A stretch of 64,000 nt of DNA from Candidatus Bathyarchaeota archaeon (GCA_963807605.1 CAWECG010000004.1:599090-663089), one strand, 5' to 3'; positions 1 through 10,427 are shown, counted from the stretch's first letter. Translations and numbers: made by a program. The notes: generated by a model not told the origin, from the letters alone.

Positions 1-1325
1 AAAAAAATTCACCAAGGTATGGCTTAGCGATGTCTAATACAAAGTCGTGGGGCAGATCGTCAGGGAGGCAAAAGCCCTTTCTGGGGTTTTCAATCATCCA
101 CATAACTGCGGTTATGACCCCCAATGCCACCTGGACCGTTGTTGCGTTCTCTCCCGGGGCAAGCTTCCTTGATTCTTCTATCGACAATATGCTGCCTGTC
201 CACCACGAGCCATACGGATGGCCCATCAATAGAGCACCCAAAATATCTGCACCAGAAATGATATCGCTATCATCCATTATCCGTGACTTTGATTGCATCT
301 CGTAATTCCTGCACCGGAGCTCATGCAACGATGCTATTGTTGCATCACATGGCATGTACGCGTAGTGTACAGTTGGCCTGTAAATCGCTTTACCATTTTT
401 CCAGACAGTCCATCGATCTGAGATTCCAAATGCCTCGCCGTGCCGTATTACCATCCCAACTATTTCATTGTGCGGAACATATGACCGTACCCAAGTGTTA
501 ATTCCCATCTGGGCGAGCATAATCTGATTCTTCGGCCCTGTTGGTGGCACATGAGCAAGTTCCGGAAGCTCTTTTTCATGTGTACCCCATCCCATCTCTG
601 CAGGAGCCGTGCCTTCTTCCCGTAACCCCTCAATACTCCATGTCCCGACAAACTCATCAACTTGTTTTGGCTTATTGGAAATCTGAGTGTCTCTCTCTGA
701 ACAATGAATGACTTTTACCCCTATCTCCATGGCAAGCTCAGGAAAATTCTGCTCCTTGATCAGTCGCTTGATCGTATCTGGTTCTTTTGCTATCTCATCC
801 GCAACCATTTTATTTGCTATGTCAATCAGGCCTTGCTTTGCGAAATGAGATATCAGACCCGGGTTGGCACCATGGTCAACTACAAATGTTGTGGCGTTTT
901 TCCAGTCTTTTGTTAGCTCCCGAAGGCTCATCTGTCGGTAATAGAGGGATTTCTCATAGGGGCTCGCACTGAATCTCTCACCATAGGAGTCCCAGTCTTC
1001 AACTGAGGAGTTTACATAGAGCACTTCATGCTCATGGCACCATTTGACGATGTCACAGCATTCTATATTCCACGCAAGATCGATAAGCAATCCTCCCGGC
1101 GAAAGGTACTCTGAAAGAATATGGTCAAGTTCTTCAGGAGTGATTTTTCGCTGGAAGAATTTTATGCCTTTCTCGGTCCATGGCTCAAGTTCTTTTGTTT
1201 TGTCTTCGAAATCTAGTATCGTGATATTCTCATAAGGTATTGTGATATGCTTGAGCAAGATCGGCAGCGTGCACTTTGCCACTGCACCATATCCAATAAT
1301 CAAAACCTTGTTTCTAAATTCCATT
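1..1325 (-). CDS. hss: homospermidine synthase, bacterial type (start in window, C-terminus beyond window start)
   Basis: Reverse-complement translation from the ATG at 1325 runs with no stop to the window edge: MEFRNKVLIIGYGAVAKCTLPILL...SERDTQ...TWSIEGL...YRPTVHYAYMPCD...LSIEESRKLAPGENATTVQVA. These motifs match bacterial Hss. The ORF is missing from the track because it has no stop inside the window. The small plus-strand ORFs in 30..1235 are antisense artefacts. Confidence 0.7.
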
Positions 1326-1472
1326 GCAAATTCTACGCCCGCGTATTACACCGTTGGTGTGGTGTAAGTTTAGAGTAGCTTAATAACCGATTAGCCATCC
1401 CCCTGGCTCCGGCAATTTTCACTTAAATTCTACGTCTCGGTGGCCGCATCACTTGAGCAATTAAAGGGGGAT

Positions 1473-2138
1473 TTAGTCTTTGAACTTCTTCTCTCCGGCC
1501 TTTATGGGTACTTCAAGCCAATTGTCCTTGGGAGGTAACGGGCAGCTGTAGTCCTCGCTGTATGCACAGTAAGGGTTGTAGGCCCTGTTGAAGTCTAGCA
1601 GAAAGAGTCCATCCGGTCTCTGCTCCACATCTAGATATCTGGCAGCGTCATAGGACTCTCCTCCTGATGTCGCGTCCCTGAATGGGATGAAGAGCGATTC
1701 TTTCTCGCCTTCATCTTGGGGTGTGAGAACGTCTTTGTATGCCTGAAGAGTCTGTGTCTTGCCTTCTATTGTAAATCTGAGGTAGCCCGCCTTGATGTAT
1801 TCTCGCTCTTGACCTGTGCTGGTGGCAATTCTGGAAGTGGCGGGATTGGGGTATCTGTTGAGTTTGCAGAGGAATCTGTAGGACGGATTCACGGGGAAAA
1901 AGTTCAGACCTTCGAACGTTGATCTCATATTTTCTGGGATGGGGGATTGTGGATGGTTTTTGAAGGCTTGATCCTTTTCCTGACGCATCTGAAGGATTGC
2001 TTCGACCTCACTTTTCGTCATCTTTCCAAGAGGTTCTGATGGTGCTTCACCCTCAAGTGGGGCCCCACACGAATCGCAATATTTCGCGTTAGCCTCCTGC
2101 GTTTCACCGCAGTTTGGACAGATTGGTTCCGAACCCAT
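1473..2138 (-). CDS. DUF1684-family protein with N-terminal zinc ribbon
   Basis: N-terminal CPNCG...CDSCG zinc ribbon. C-terminal YNPYCAYS...CPLPP...AGE block typical of DUF1684. Confidence 0.5.
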   Translation of the reverse strand: MGSEPICPNCGETQEANAKYCDSCGAPLEGEAPSEPLGKMTKSEVEAILQMRQEKDQAFKNHPQSPIPENMRSTFEGLNFFPVNPSYRFLCKLNRYPNPATSRIATSTGQEREYIKAGYLRFTIEGKTQTLQAYKDVLTPQDEGEKESLFIPFRDATSGGESYDAARYLDVEQRPDGLFLLDFNRAYNPYCAYSEDYSCPLPPKDNWLEVPIKAGEKKFKD

Positions 2139-2220
2139 TTTTCGTCGACAACTTACTCTCAGAATTCTCGTGGTTAAGCCTTGTCATTGTTCCTGAGGTT
2201 GTAACGCGCACGATGGGGTG

Positions 2221-2718
2221 TTACGGGTTGAGTGCGTAGAGGAGATAGTTCAGGCAACTCGCCAAACTTACCCAAGCCAAGTATGGAATCAGTAATGAGG
2301 CAGCTACTTTCGAGACTCTGAAGAAGAAGATTGTTGTAAAGACAATCATGAACCATAACACTACGATATCAATTAAGCCCAGAAGGGGGGACTTTAGCCC
2401 AAAAAACAAGTAGGACCAAAGGACATTCAATGCCAGCTGAACAAAGAACATAATGATGGGGTTCCTTACAGCATCGTTGCCACGCCCAGTATTCCAGATC
2501 ATGAAGAAAGAGATGCCCATCAATAGGTAGAGCGTCGTCCAAACTGGTGCAAAAACCCAGTTCGGAGGAGCGACATTTGGCTTGTGGAGATTAGCATACC
2601 ACGTTGATATTGCAGGAATCGTGAATATGGAGCCCACGAGTCCAGCTATTTGGCATAAGACGATGGCCATAACCAAACGAGTATAGGTCTTACCTTTGCC
2701 CTCTTCCATAGTATTCAC
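2221..2718 (-). CDS. tspO: TspO/MBR tryptophan-rich sensory protein
   Basis: Five-TM, Trp-rich profile (WYANL, NWVFAPVWTTLYLLMG, LALNVLWSYLFF) characteristic of TspO. Confidence 0.65.
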   Translation of the reverse strand: MNTMEEGKGKTYTRLVMAIVLCQIAGLVGSIFTIPAISTWYANLHKPNVAPPNWVFAPVWTTLYLLMGISFFMIWNTGRGNDAVRNPIIMFFVQLALNVLWSYLFFGLKSPLLGLIDIVVLWFMIVFTTIFFFRVSKVAASLLIPYLAWVSLASCLNYLLYALNP

Positions 2719-3133
2719 CGCATAATCGCGTTATTAGCAAAAGCTACAGTTGACTCATCATTAAAGACGGAACCTACATAAAACACTGATCGGACACGTG
2801 TACATGAGACAAACATCCGGAGAGATCTGCAGAGACGCTTAAACTGCAGGAATTTATCACTGAATACTAAAGAAGCCGATGCTCGTTAGTCAGCCTTCTA
2901 TGACCGACCTAAACACTAGAAACATGTTGCTTGACTTTTAGCGCGCGCTGTCTGCCTATCTAGAGATATCCTAAGGCCGCACCATGTCAAGGAATAGGAT
3001 CCTTAGAAGAACTGCTGTAACATAGAATCCCGTTTCTTAGCAGTTAGTCAATAAAAGAGGTTTCGCGTATTATCTTTTTTGAAGACGCCTTCAACGCGTT
3101 TGAAAACTATCTATTCTTAAGTAGCAGCCAATT

Positions 3134-4481
3134 CAAAAAAAGGTGAGCGGGAAATCCCCCACCCTTTAGGGGTGGGATGAAAGCGAACTGGTATCAGCAT
3201 TATAAGCGGAGTTTACAAAAAACTTAGTGAGTACAATGCAGTCTTCAGTACGCTATAGGCTTTACCCAACAAGGGAACAAGAGGAGGAGATGTCTGCAAT
3301 CCTTGAGCTTTGCCGGTGGCTCTACAACTACTTCTTGGGAATAGTTAGGTACAGTGTAAAGGTGCCAAACAGGAAACTTCTACAAGAGATGATCCCTGCC
3401 CTATGCAGATACAAGCCTGAGCTTGAGAAGCTACACTCAAAGACACGGCAATACGTCCTCTACCAACTGTACTCTAATCTCAGGGCACTCTCACAGATGA
3501 AGAAGAAAGGCAGGAAGGTTGGGAGGCTAAGATTCAAGGGACGTGGATGGTTCAAGGCCTTCATCTACAACCAATCTGGATTCTCAATCAAGCATGGTGC
3601 CAAGCAGATACGACAGATGGGATTACTCCACCTCAGCAAGATAGGAGAAATTCCAGTCAGACTGCATAGAGAGATTGATGGTGAGATCAAACAGGTTATC
3701 ATCAAACATTCTGCAAACAACAATTGGTATGCAATAACCTCCATTGAATATGACCATCCGATAAATACTGAGCCAGCGGACAGAAGCAAAACTGTTGGGG
3801 TAGATGTTGGCATAGTAAACTATGCCTACGATTCTAATGGAAGAGTGACCCCTCATCCGCATAACATCGACAAAAAACTGAAGAGACTCCAAAGAGAGCA
3901 AAGGCAGCTATCAAGAAAGAAGGGATCAAGAAACAGGATGAAGCAGAAGGTCAAGGTTGCATCAATCCATGAGGACATAACAAACTGCAGGAATGACTTC
4001 CTGCACAAACTCTCAAGGTACTACGTTGACAAACACGATGTAATCTGCATGGAAGATCTGAATATTCAGGATTTGATGCAGGGGATCCCTAATGCCAAGA
4101 ATATGGCTGATGCTTCATGGGGAAGATTTGGAATGATGGTGGGGTACAAGGCTGAAACCGCCTGTAAACATCGAATACAAGTACCGCCCCAGAACACCAG
4201 CCAGGATTGCAGTGGATGTGGCGCTAAGGTTCCTAAGACTCTTGCAGTGAGGATACACAAGTGTCCCCATTGTAGGCTAAAGATTGATAGGGACTTCAAT
4301 GCATCACTCAATATAAGGCGTTTAGGACTGGAAAGAATAGGGTGGGAACCATCCGAATACACGCCTGTGGAGATGAAGCCTCTACCAACCATTATTCGTG
4401 GGCATGCTTCGTCGCTGAAGCAGGAACTTCTCCATCCGCAAGGGGAGAAGCCCACACCCTTCAGGGGTGGGTAAGTTCACG
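3134..4481 (+). mobile_element. IS200/IS605-family tnpB-only element, family C
   Basis: Left end AAAAAAAGGTGAGCGGGAAATCC plus hairpin CCCACCCTTTAGGGGTGGG, upstream of tnpB. Right end hairpin CCCACACCCTTCAGGGGTGGG followed by GTAAGTTCACG directly after the stop. Both termini recur fused together at 12681..12730. Confidence 0.6.
3227..4474 (+). CDS. tnpB: TnpB-like RNA-guided endonuclease (OrfB), family C
   Basis: N-terminal RYRLYPTREQEE motif. RuvC-like core. C-terminal zinc finger CSGCG...CPHCR. Confidence 0.8.
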   Translation: MSTMQSSVRYRLYPTREQEEEMSAILELCRWLYNYFLGIVRYSVKVPNRKLLQEMIPALCRYKPELEKLHSKTRQYVLYQLYSNLRALSQMKKKGRKVGRLRFKGRGWFKAFIYNQSGFSIKHGAKQIRQMGLLHLSKIGEIPVRLHREIDGEIKQVIIKHSANNNWYAITSIEYDHPINTEPADRSKTVGVDVGIVNYAYDSNGRVTPHPHNIDKKLKRLQREQRQLSRKKGSRNRMKQKVKVASIHEDITNCRNDFLHKLSRYYVDKHDVICMEDLNIQDLMQGIPNAKNMADASWGRFGMMVGYKAETACKHRIQVPPQNTSQDCSGCGAKVPKTLAVRIHKCPHCRLKIDRDFNASLNIRRLGLERIGWEPSEYTPVEMKPLPTIIRGHASSLKQELLHPQGEKPTPFRGG

Positions 4482-4517
4482 AAAACATAAACAGTAGCAT
4501 GTCCGAGTCGCTGGAAT

Positions 4518-5081
4518 TTGTCCGAAGAACTGGTAAAGAAGGCTTTGAAGACTATCGGACTAACTGATAAGGAGTCAGAAGTTTACATAATTCTTGGAGG
4601 AAGCGGCGTTTTAAGAGGCATGGATATCTCGAAGCGCCTGAGTATGCACAAGGCACAGGTATACAGCATTCTGAAGAGTCTTCAAAGAAAGGGTGTAGTG
4701 GAGGCCACTCTCGAATCTCCTACGCGCTTCAGCGCTGTTTCACTTGAAGACCTGCTAGACTCCTTTATCCGAGCAAGAAGGGATGAAGCTAATTCTATAG
4801 AGAAAGAGAAAGACGTCCTACTAGCTAGTTGGGAACTTACTAAATCAGGCGATACCCTTGTAGCCCCAGAGAAATTCGTGGCGATTCAAGGACCAAAGAA
4901 GATCGAGCATAAGATCCTAGAGATGATCAACGAAACGAAAAAAGAGATTAGAGCGATCACTACAAGTCTTGACATAATTCGAGCCGATCAGACGCAGCTT
5001 ACAAGGGAAATAGTGAACAAACCAACAAGAACCGCGCTATCAAGATCAGAATTCTCACAAGCGTGTCAAAAGAGAACCTGA
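4518..5081 (+). CDS. TrmB-family winged-helix transcriptional regulator
   Basis: N-terminal LTDKESEVYIIL...SKRLSMHKAQVYSILKSLQRKGVV wHTH typical of the TrmB N-terminal domain. Confidence 0.55.
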   Translation: MSEELVKKALKTIGLTDKESEVYIILGGSGVLRGMDISKRLSMHKAQVYSILKSLQRKGVVEATLESPTRFSAVSLEDLLDSFIRARRDEANSIEKEKDVLLASWELTKSGDTLVAPEKFVAIQGPKKIEHKILEMINETKKEIRAITTSLDIIRADQTQLTREIVNKPTRTALSRSEFSQACQKRT

Positions 5082-5845
5082 ACATAATAAAGAACGCCGT
5101 CAAAGTCGGCTCGAACAGACGTCTGGACATGAAATGGCGCCACCTCGATCTCAAGTCAGGCTCAACCCCTCGAGTCATAATAAAGGATGGGAAAGAGACC
5201 TTCATACTGCAATCAGAAGATTATCCTATGCAAGTCCGAGAGGGAACTGGCCTATGGACCAACAGTGCGCTGATCACTGACGTGAACATGAGGCTCTTTA
5301 CAGAACTGTGGAATTCTGGAATAGATATAGGCGAAAAGATGCGCGAGATTGGAACCAGAAAGCCGCTGGGAAGGACTTTAACGATCGGGAATTGGCAAAG
5401 AGCATATGAAGAATTCGGTGACAGGATGGAGAAGGCTAAGAACGAGATAATCCAAATTGGGCCATCGATCGATATTCTCAAACACCAAGGCAAGTACACG
5501 ATACCAGAGGTCTTCAAGAGACGTGTCAAACTACGCGCGATGGTTCCACTCGATGCAGATACCCTAAGAAATGCTCAAGATCTCTCGAAGTACTGTGAAA
5601 TAAGAGATCCTAACGTTGGCTACTTAGGAATGGCACTCATCGACGGCGAACATCTCTTCCAATTCAACGTACAAGCACGCGATCCTCAAGTGATCAAACC
5701 CTCCTTCTACTTCAGAAACACATTCTACACAAACGAACCAAGCCATATCAGAAGAGCAAGCGAAATGCTGGAGGGGTTATGGCGCAGGTCCGCTAAGATA
5801 TCAGATATCGAAGATGGTCTGAGAGGAAAGAAGATGACCGGTTAG
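5063..5845 (+). CDS. hypothetical protein, possibly the effector-domain partner of the upstream TrmB-like regulator
   Basis: 260-aa ORF overlapping the upstream gene by 19 nt in a different frame. No recognisable motif. Confidence 0.35.
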   Translation: MSKENLNIIKNAVKVGSNRRLDMKWRHLDLKSGSTPRVIIKDGKETFILQSEDYPMQVREGTGLWTNSALITDVNMRLFTELWNSGIDIGEKMREIGTRKPLGRTLTIGNWQRAYEEFGDRMEKAKNEIIQIGPSIDILKHQGKYTIPEVFKRRVKLRAMVPLDADTLRNAQDLSKYCEIRDPNVGYLGMALIDGEHLFQFNVQARDPQVIKPSFYFRNTFYTNEPSHIRRASEMLEGLWRRSAKISDIEDGLRGKKMTG

Positions 5846-6175
5846 GTCGACACCTCTACAGGCTAGCTCCACTCATCCTTAGCGCGCGCGTAGAAAGAGC
5901 CAAGACATAAGCGAACTTCTCATTTTAGACTACATCCTTCACTTTGTCCCCCGGCCTTCCCTCTAACGGCTCCACTCTCATCCCTGACTCATATCATCAA
6001 TAGTTCACGTTTCGACCGGTATGAGGTTACAGGTCCTGCTGAAACGGATGCACATGGTTCAAAGCCTGTTCAACTTCACAAACTCGTCGTACAGCGTTTC
6101 TAGTCGGAAGTGTAAACCCATCGTCATTGAAGGTCTTCTTCGTATCAGGGTTTGATGACTGAATCGTTACATGTT

Positions 6176-7438
6176 CTAAGCCGCTTTCAAAGAGTAAGCA
6201 GCTATTGCCCCCATTGTCGGAAATAGTGCCATGCCTATGAAGCTAGGCGTTAGCTTATTGGTCATGTCAATAATGAGTCCTATGAACGGTGGAGCAGTGG
6301 CTACTGCCAGACTCAGACATGCTGTAAATATTCCATAACCAGTTCCTGCCGCAGATTGTCCCAGGATCCGAGGAGGCAGCATCATCGCAGTTGGGACAAT
6401 CATGAATACCGAAGCTCCCATGATTGCAACGGCCAATATCACTGCTTGATCAGGCAAATAAGGCATGATTCCTAAGATCACTACTACTGATAAGAAATTC
6501 GCGATCAGGATGATCCTACGGTGCCTGATCCAATGCAATATCCAACCATATATCGGCACACATAGGATGCCCGCCAACATAACCACGGTGGCAAGCAGAT
6601 TCGCGTAGATTGGGTCTGTTCCCCTAAACCTCTCGAAGAGCACTGGAAACCACGTTGTGAACGCGAAGACAGTGGCGAAAGAGAATCCGTAAATACACCC
6701 CGCCTTCCAAACTTCAAGATTCCTGACAGTCTGGCTGGCTTTTATTCTTTTTTCATATGTGAGTTTGACCGGGCCTTCCTTAATCAGAGACACGAAAACT
6801 ACCAGGCTTAATGTGGCCAAAGCAACGTCAAGGTATAATGGATAGCGCCATCCAAAATTAAACATCAAAACGCTTACCAGTGGAAAAGCTAGAAGGGTGG
6901 CAAATGGCAGATTTATCCCATAAACACCCATAGCTCTTCCAAGCTCCTTCAGTGAAAACCATTGAGTGACTATTGAGGGCAGTAGCGTTATCATGATCAT
7001 CCCTCCAACTCCGAAGATAAAACGCCCCACCAAGGCGATTTGATAAGAATCGCTGATGGCAACCACAAAACTGCCAAGTGTCATCATGCTTGTTGCCAGA
7101 GCTCCAACACGTCTGGCACCGTAATGGTCGATGAGCATCCCTGCAGGTATCGTTACAAGAACTCCTGGGACAAAAAGGATGGACATCAACAAACCAGCTT
7201 GCGCGTGACTGATGCCGAAATCCTTCATTATCGACGGAATCAAAGGGGGAATCGACTGGACGGTGAAAGCGACTGTGACAATGACGTAGAACACCGAGAA
7301 TAACATGACCCACCGATATCGCAGATCCATGAAACCAATTTCACCCTTTAAACCCAAGGCAACCGAATCGTGCCTTCTTCTCAACAGCTTCGAATACTTG
7401 TCATGGGTGGTCTCTTGGAGAAAAGGAGACCCCGTCAA
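6176..7438 (-). CDS. MFS transporter
   Basis: Twelve predicted TM helices. Conserved GxLxDxxGxRR-like loop (GMLIDHYGARRV). Confidence 0.7.
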   Translation of the reverse strand: MTGSPFLQETTHDKYSKLLRRRHDSVALGLKGEIGFMDLRYRWVMLFSVFYVIVTVAFTVQSIPPLIPSIMKDFGISHAQAGLLMSILFVPGVLVTIPAGMLIDHYGARRVGALATSMMTLGSFVVAISDSYQIALVGRFIFGVGGMIMITLLPSIVTQWFSLKELGRAMGVYGINLPFATLLAFPLVSVLMFNFGWRYPLYLDVALATLSLVVFVSLIKEGPVKLTYEKRIKASQTVRNLEVWKAGCIYGFSFATVFAFTTWFPVLFERFRGTDPIYANLLATVVMLAGILCVPIYGWILHWIRHRRIILIANFLSVVVILGIMPYLPDQAVILAVAIMGASVFMIVPTAMMLPPRILGQSAAGTGYGIFTACLSLAVATAPPFIGLIIDMTNKLTPSFIGMALFPTMGAIAAYSLKAA

Positions 7439-7475
7439 GAACTGGGGAGCTTGGATGTCTCATTAGGCTTTGGAA

Positions 7476-8162
7476 CTAGTAGCCTAGATTCTCTCCGACC
7501 AGCAGGACTGTAGTCTCTGTCTTCATAGGCTTCTTTTCTATTATGGTAATGATGTGGCAATGTCGGTCTGGAGGTTGGCACTCATTCAAGTCGCAACATC
7601 CTTTTTCCGTGCATGGTGTTTTGCCGCCTAGTCTTTTCACATTCATGGGAGCTGAAACTTCTCTAACACGCTTAATCCCGTCTTCAACAGTCTTGACTAT
7701 CTTGTTGATTCCTGCCACAACGATGACTCTTCTGGGGCCAAAAGCCATGGCGGCTACTCTATTTCCCAAGCCATCGATGTTGATCAGTTTTCCGTCCTCT
7801 GTTATTGCATTGCTGCTCGTTAAGAATACGTCAGCATCAAAATGTCTCTTCCTGATAGCTAGGTGTTCTTCCATCTTATACTTCTTAGCCCATATATCGT
7901 CAACCTGATCTCCACGGTTCCTCAAGGCATCGTCGAGACCGATTTGTCGTATCGTCATAGAACCAGCAATCCCAACTTTGGATCCCTTCGGTATTAGTTG
8001 TAGCAGCTCTTCAAGTGCTGCAGCCTTCGTAGGAACGTGGAAAGAGTCGAAGCCATTCTTCTTTAGAGCTTCTACCGTTCTCTTGGTTTTGTCCTCGATG
8101 AACCACTCTGTACTTTGTTTCAGTTCAACTTCCCAAGTGTTCGCTTTTGACATCCTGACCAC
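7476..8162 (-). CDS. LUD-domain (DUF162, lactate-utilization B/C-like) protein
   Basis: Length and motifs (GIAGSMT, cysteine cluster CTEKGCCDLNECQPPDRHC) resemble YkgG/LUD proteins. Assignment tentative. Confidence 0.45.
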   Translation of the reverse strand: MVRMSKANTWEVELKQSTEWFIEDKTKRTVEALKKNGFDSFHVPTKAAALEELLQLIPKGSKVGIAGSMTIRQIGLDDALRNRGDQVDDIWAKKYKMEEHLAIRKRHFDADVFLTSSNAITEDGKLINIDGLGNRVAAMAFGPRRVIVVAGINKIVKTVEDGIKRVREVSAPMNVKRLGGKTPCTEKGCCDLNECQPPDRHCHIITIIEKKPMKTETTVLLVGENLGY

Positions 8163-8242
8163 TTCAAGAGTTTGACTGAGTCCGCCGGTCCAGCCCCTTA
8201 AGTCTATCTATCTTAAATGGCAAGAACAACAATTTGAAAGAG

Positions 8243-8291
8243 CTTGACACTCACCCAGCCGAAGCTCGGGCTTTCTTGCTATTTTTCTGTA
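8243..8291 (-). mobile_element. miniature family-A IS derivative (right-end terminus fused to left-end start)
   Basis: CTTGACACTCACCC is the reverse complement of the family-A right-end terminus GGGTGAGTGTCAAG. It is followed by GAAGCTCGGGCTTTCTTGCTA...GTAAC, the reverse complement of the left-end start TAGCAAGAAAGCCC, with a GTAA (TTAC) flank. Confidence 0.45.
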
Positions 8292-8459
8292 ACAAAGGAG
8301 ACTATATCTACAAGATTGAAAGCCTGTGAACCAGACGCCCCTGACATAACTGATTTCCTCAAAAGTGTCCTCAGCCCACGGTTTAAGCTCTCAAACTGGC
8401 AAAGATCAGACTTGGAACTGAAGTTTATGAGCGAGGAACAACTATGAAAGAATTAAGGG

Positions 8460-8891
8460 ATGACATCCAAAATGACCCAAGAGAAACCTAACACAAACTC
8501 CCTGTTTGTTCACACGAGTATCCGAACCAGCAATATGGAGCGATCGATTGATTTCTACACTCGAATTATGGGGCTAAAACTTCTTAGTCGGCGTGAGATA
8601 GCCCAGAACAATGCCGAGATAGTATTTCTTCAAGATCCTGAAGGGAAGGGAGCTAGACTCGAATTGACAATCTTCAGGAATCAAAAGCGATTCGTCCAAG
8701 CTGAATATGAAGACCGATTATTCGATCATCTTGCCTTTGAAGTGAAGAATATGGATCAGATTATCTCTTTGCTCAGAAAGGAAAAAATCACAATTACAGA
8801 TGAACCTTTCAAACTGGGTCCTACTGGGCCTCTCATAGCGTTCGTTGAAGATCCGGATGGAATATTGATTGAACTAATTGAGAGAAAATGA
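8460..8891 (+). CDS. VOC/glyoxalase-family protein
   Basis: Two beta-alpha-beta-beta-beta halves with HTSIRTSNMERSIDFY and HLAFEV...DPDG motifs. Confidence 0.6.
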   Translation: MTSKMTQEKPNTNSLFVHTSIRTSNMERSIDFYTRIMGLKLLSRREIAQNNAEIVFLQDPEGKGARLELTIFRNQKRFVQAEYEDRLFDHLAFEVKNMDQIISLLRKEKITITDEPFKLGPTGPLIAFVEDPDGILIELIERK

Positions 8892-9010
8892 GAGAGTAAG
8901 CACCTATCTTCGCCCTGCGCATAGGTCATGGGGTTTCACTAATTTTTTAGCGAAGAGTTCATAGTAACGTGCGACTCTGACGGTTTCGCTGTGTTCACGT
9001 TAAAAGAGAG

Positions 9011-10153
9011 CTATTTCTTGCCCCTTCTGAAATACTCAACTGCCTTGATCAACATGGCGAAGGATTCTCGGGTCTTGCTGTAATCGCATAATGGTGTAAG
9101 ATTCCAAAGGATTATGTGCCGCAAGCCTCGGTGAGCATATTCTTCTATTCCATCAATTATCTCATCGACCGTTCCGTGCAGATATCTGTGCTCACATATC
9201 TCTTCAGGCACCTTGTCTAAGGCCGATGTGATTTCAGCTTGATTCACCCTTGTCGGTACGTACTGCCTGTAGGCATTGAAATCTCCAAAAGGATGCTTGT
9301 ACCCGAACTTTTCATAGGTCGTGGATGGGGTCAGGAGGGCGTATGCTTTAGCTGCAACTGAATTGAACATCCGGTGACAATCCTCATGCTCTTCAGATAT
9401 TATTAATGAGGTAAGAAGGGCGGGCGTCACGCCTCCCGGATCTCTTCCAGCCTTCTTTGCTGCATCTCTAACCTTATTCAGCTTCTCAGAGTAATCTCCA
9501 GCTTCCAGATGTTCCGGGAGCCAGCCGTCGCCTAGTCGTCCTGTTATTTCCAGGGTCTTCTCGGAATGTGCGCCTACCCATATTGGCGGGAATCTGCCCT
9601 CCTTTTCCGGCGGGAGGGCCATTACGGCGTCTCTGAGCTTCCAGATGTTGCCGTCGTAGTTTACATTCTTGCCTGACCAAAGAAGTCTAATCACTTCGAT
9701 GCTTTCCTTGAGTCTTCTTGCAGGCGATTCCCATGCCAATCCGTAAGGCACAATATTCTCTGCTTCCCCAGGCCCTATTCCCAGGATCGTTCGCCCCTTG
9801 GATATGTGGTCTAAGGTCAGGAAGGCTTGAGCTATCATTGCTGGGTGTCTTCTGAAAGAATCCGTGACTGCAGAACCGAGAATGACGCTGGAGGTATTTG
9901 CTGCAACGGATGCCATTAATGTGAGAGTCTCAAGAAAGATGTGAGGGTTCTTCTGAAACTTTGCAAGCTCTATGAGCTCTGGCTTCCAGAGACTGTCTGG
10001 AATCCATCCCATCAGATGGTCAGGCCACCAGATTGAATCATACACCTCTTCCATTTTCTTTACAGTCTTCACGACATTCTCAAATGGAGGAAAGATGGGC
10101 CCCTGTGTGCCGATGCGAAGTTCATAATCGGTCAAGTCAAGCCGCTTCTGCAA
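9011..10153 (-). CDS. LLM-class (luciferase-like) flavin/F420-dependent oxidoreductase
   Basis: GRTILGIGPGE...NIVPYGL and a TIM-barrel LLM pattern through the whole length. Confidence 0.65.
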   Translation of the reverse strand: MQKRLDLTDYELRIGTQGPIFPPFENVVKTVKKMEEVYDSIWWPDHLMGWIPDSLWKPELIELAKFQKNPHIFLETLTLMASVAANTSSVILGSAVTDSFRRHPAMIAQAFLTLDHISKGRTILGIGPGEAENIVPYGLAWESPARRLKESIEVIRLLWSGKNVNYDGNIWKLRDAVMALPPEKEGRFPPIWVGAHSEKTLEITGRLGDGWLPEHLEAGDYSEKLNKVRDAAKKAGRDPGGVTPALLTSLIISEEHEDCHRMFNSVAAKAYALLTPSTTYEKFGYKHPFGDFNAYRQYVPTRVNQAEITSALDKVPEEICEHRYLHGTVDEIIDGIEEYAHRGLRHIILWNLTPLCDYSKTRESFAMLIKAVEYFRRGKK

Positions 10154-10427
10154 ACAGGAAGCTCAGTCCAAGTATTTAACCACAAGATAGCTACTGGAAC
10201 GTAAGAGATCTTGTCGGTTCAACGAATCAAGAACCCGAGCACGTTAGAATGATCAACTGCCTAGGATTGCTTTGAGATCCTCATCCGGCGTCGTTATTGA
10301 CATAGGATTGAAGTTTTTCACCTAGTCACCTCGATTGTGACCTGGTAGGGCTAATTCCACGAGTTTTTCATGATGATCCCTTATGCTTTAGGGAAAGACT
10401 AAATTCTCTCTCTCACCACTGGTAACT

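Noticed and set aside
30-1235. Six plus-strand ORFs of 60-91 aa and the minus ORF 460..660
   Set aside because: All lie antisense to or out of frame with the uninterrupted hss reading frame that runs from 1325 to the window edge. Low-complexity translations.
2719-3130. tRNA or small RNA in the AT-rich intergenic regions (also 5846-6175, 14342-14621, 19570-19812)
   Set aside because: No T-loop (GGTTCGAATCC-like) or cloverleaf-compatible segments seen by eye. A tRNAscan run would be needed for certainty.
6505-7313. ORFs 6505..6717, 6858..7313, 7040..7303
   Set aside because: Embedded in or antisense to the MFS transporter gene. Cys/Arg-rich junk translations.
9486-9680. 64-aa minus ORF rich in Arg/Pro/Gly
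   Set aside because: Lies out of frame within the LLM oxidoreductase gene on the same strand, with a low-complexity translation (Arg/Pro/Gly-rich).
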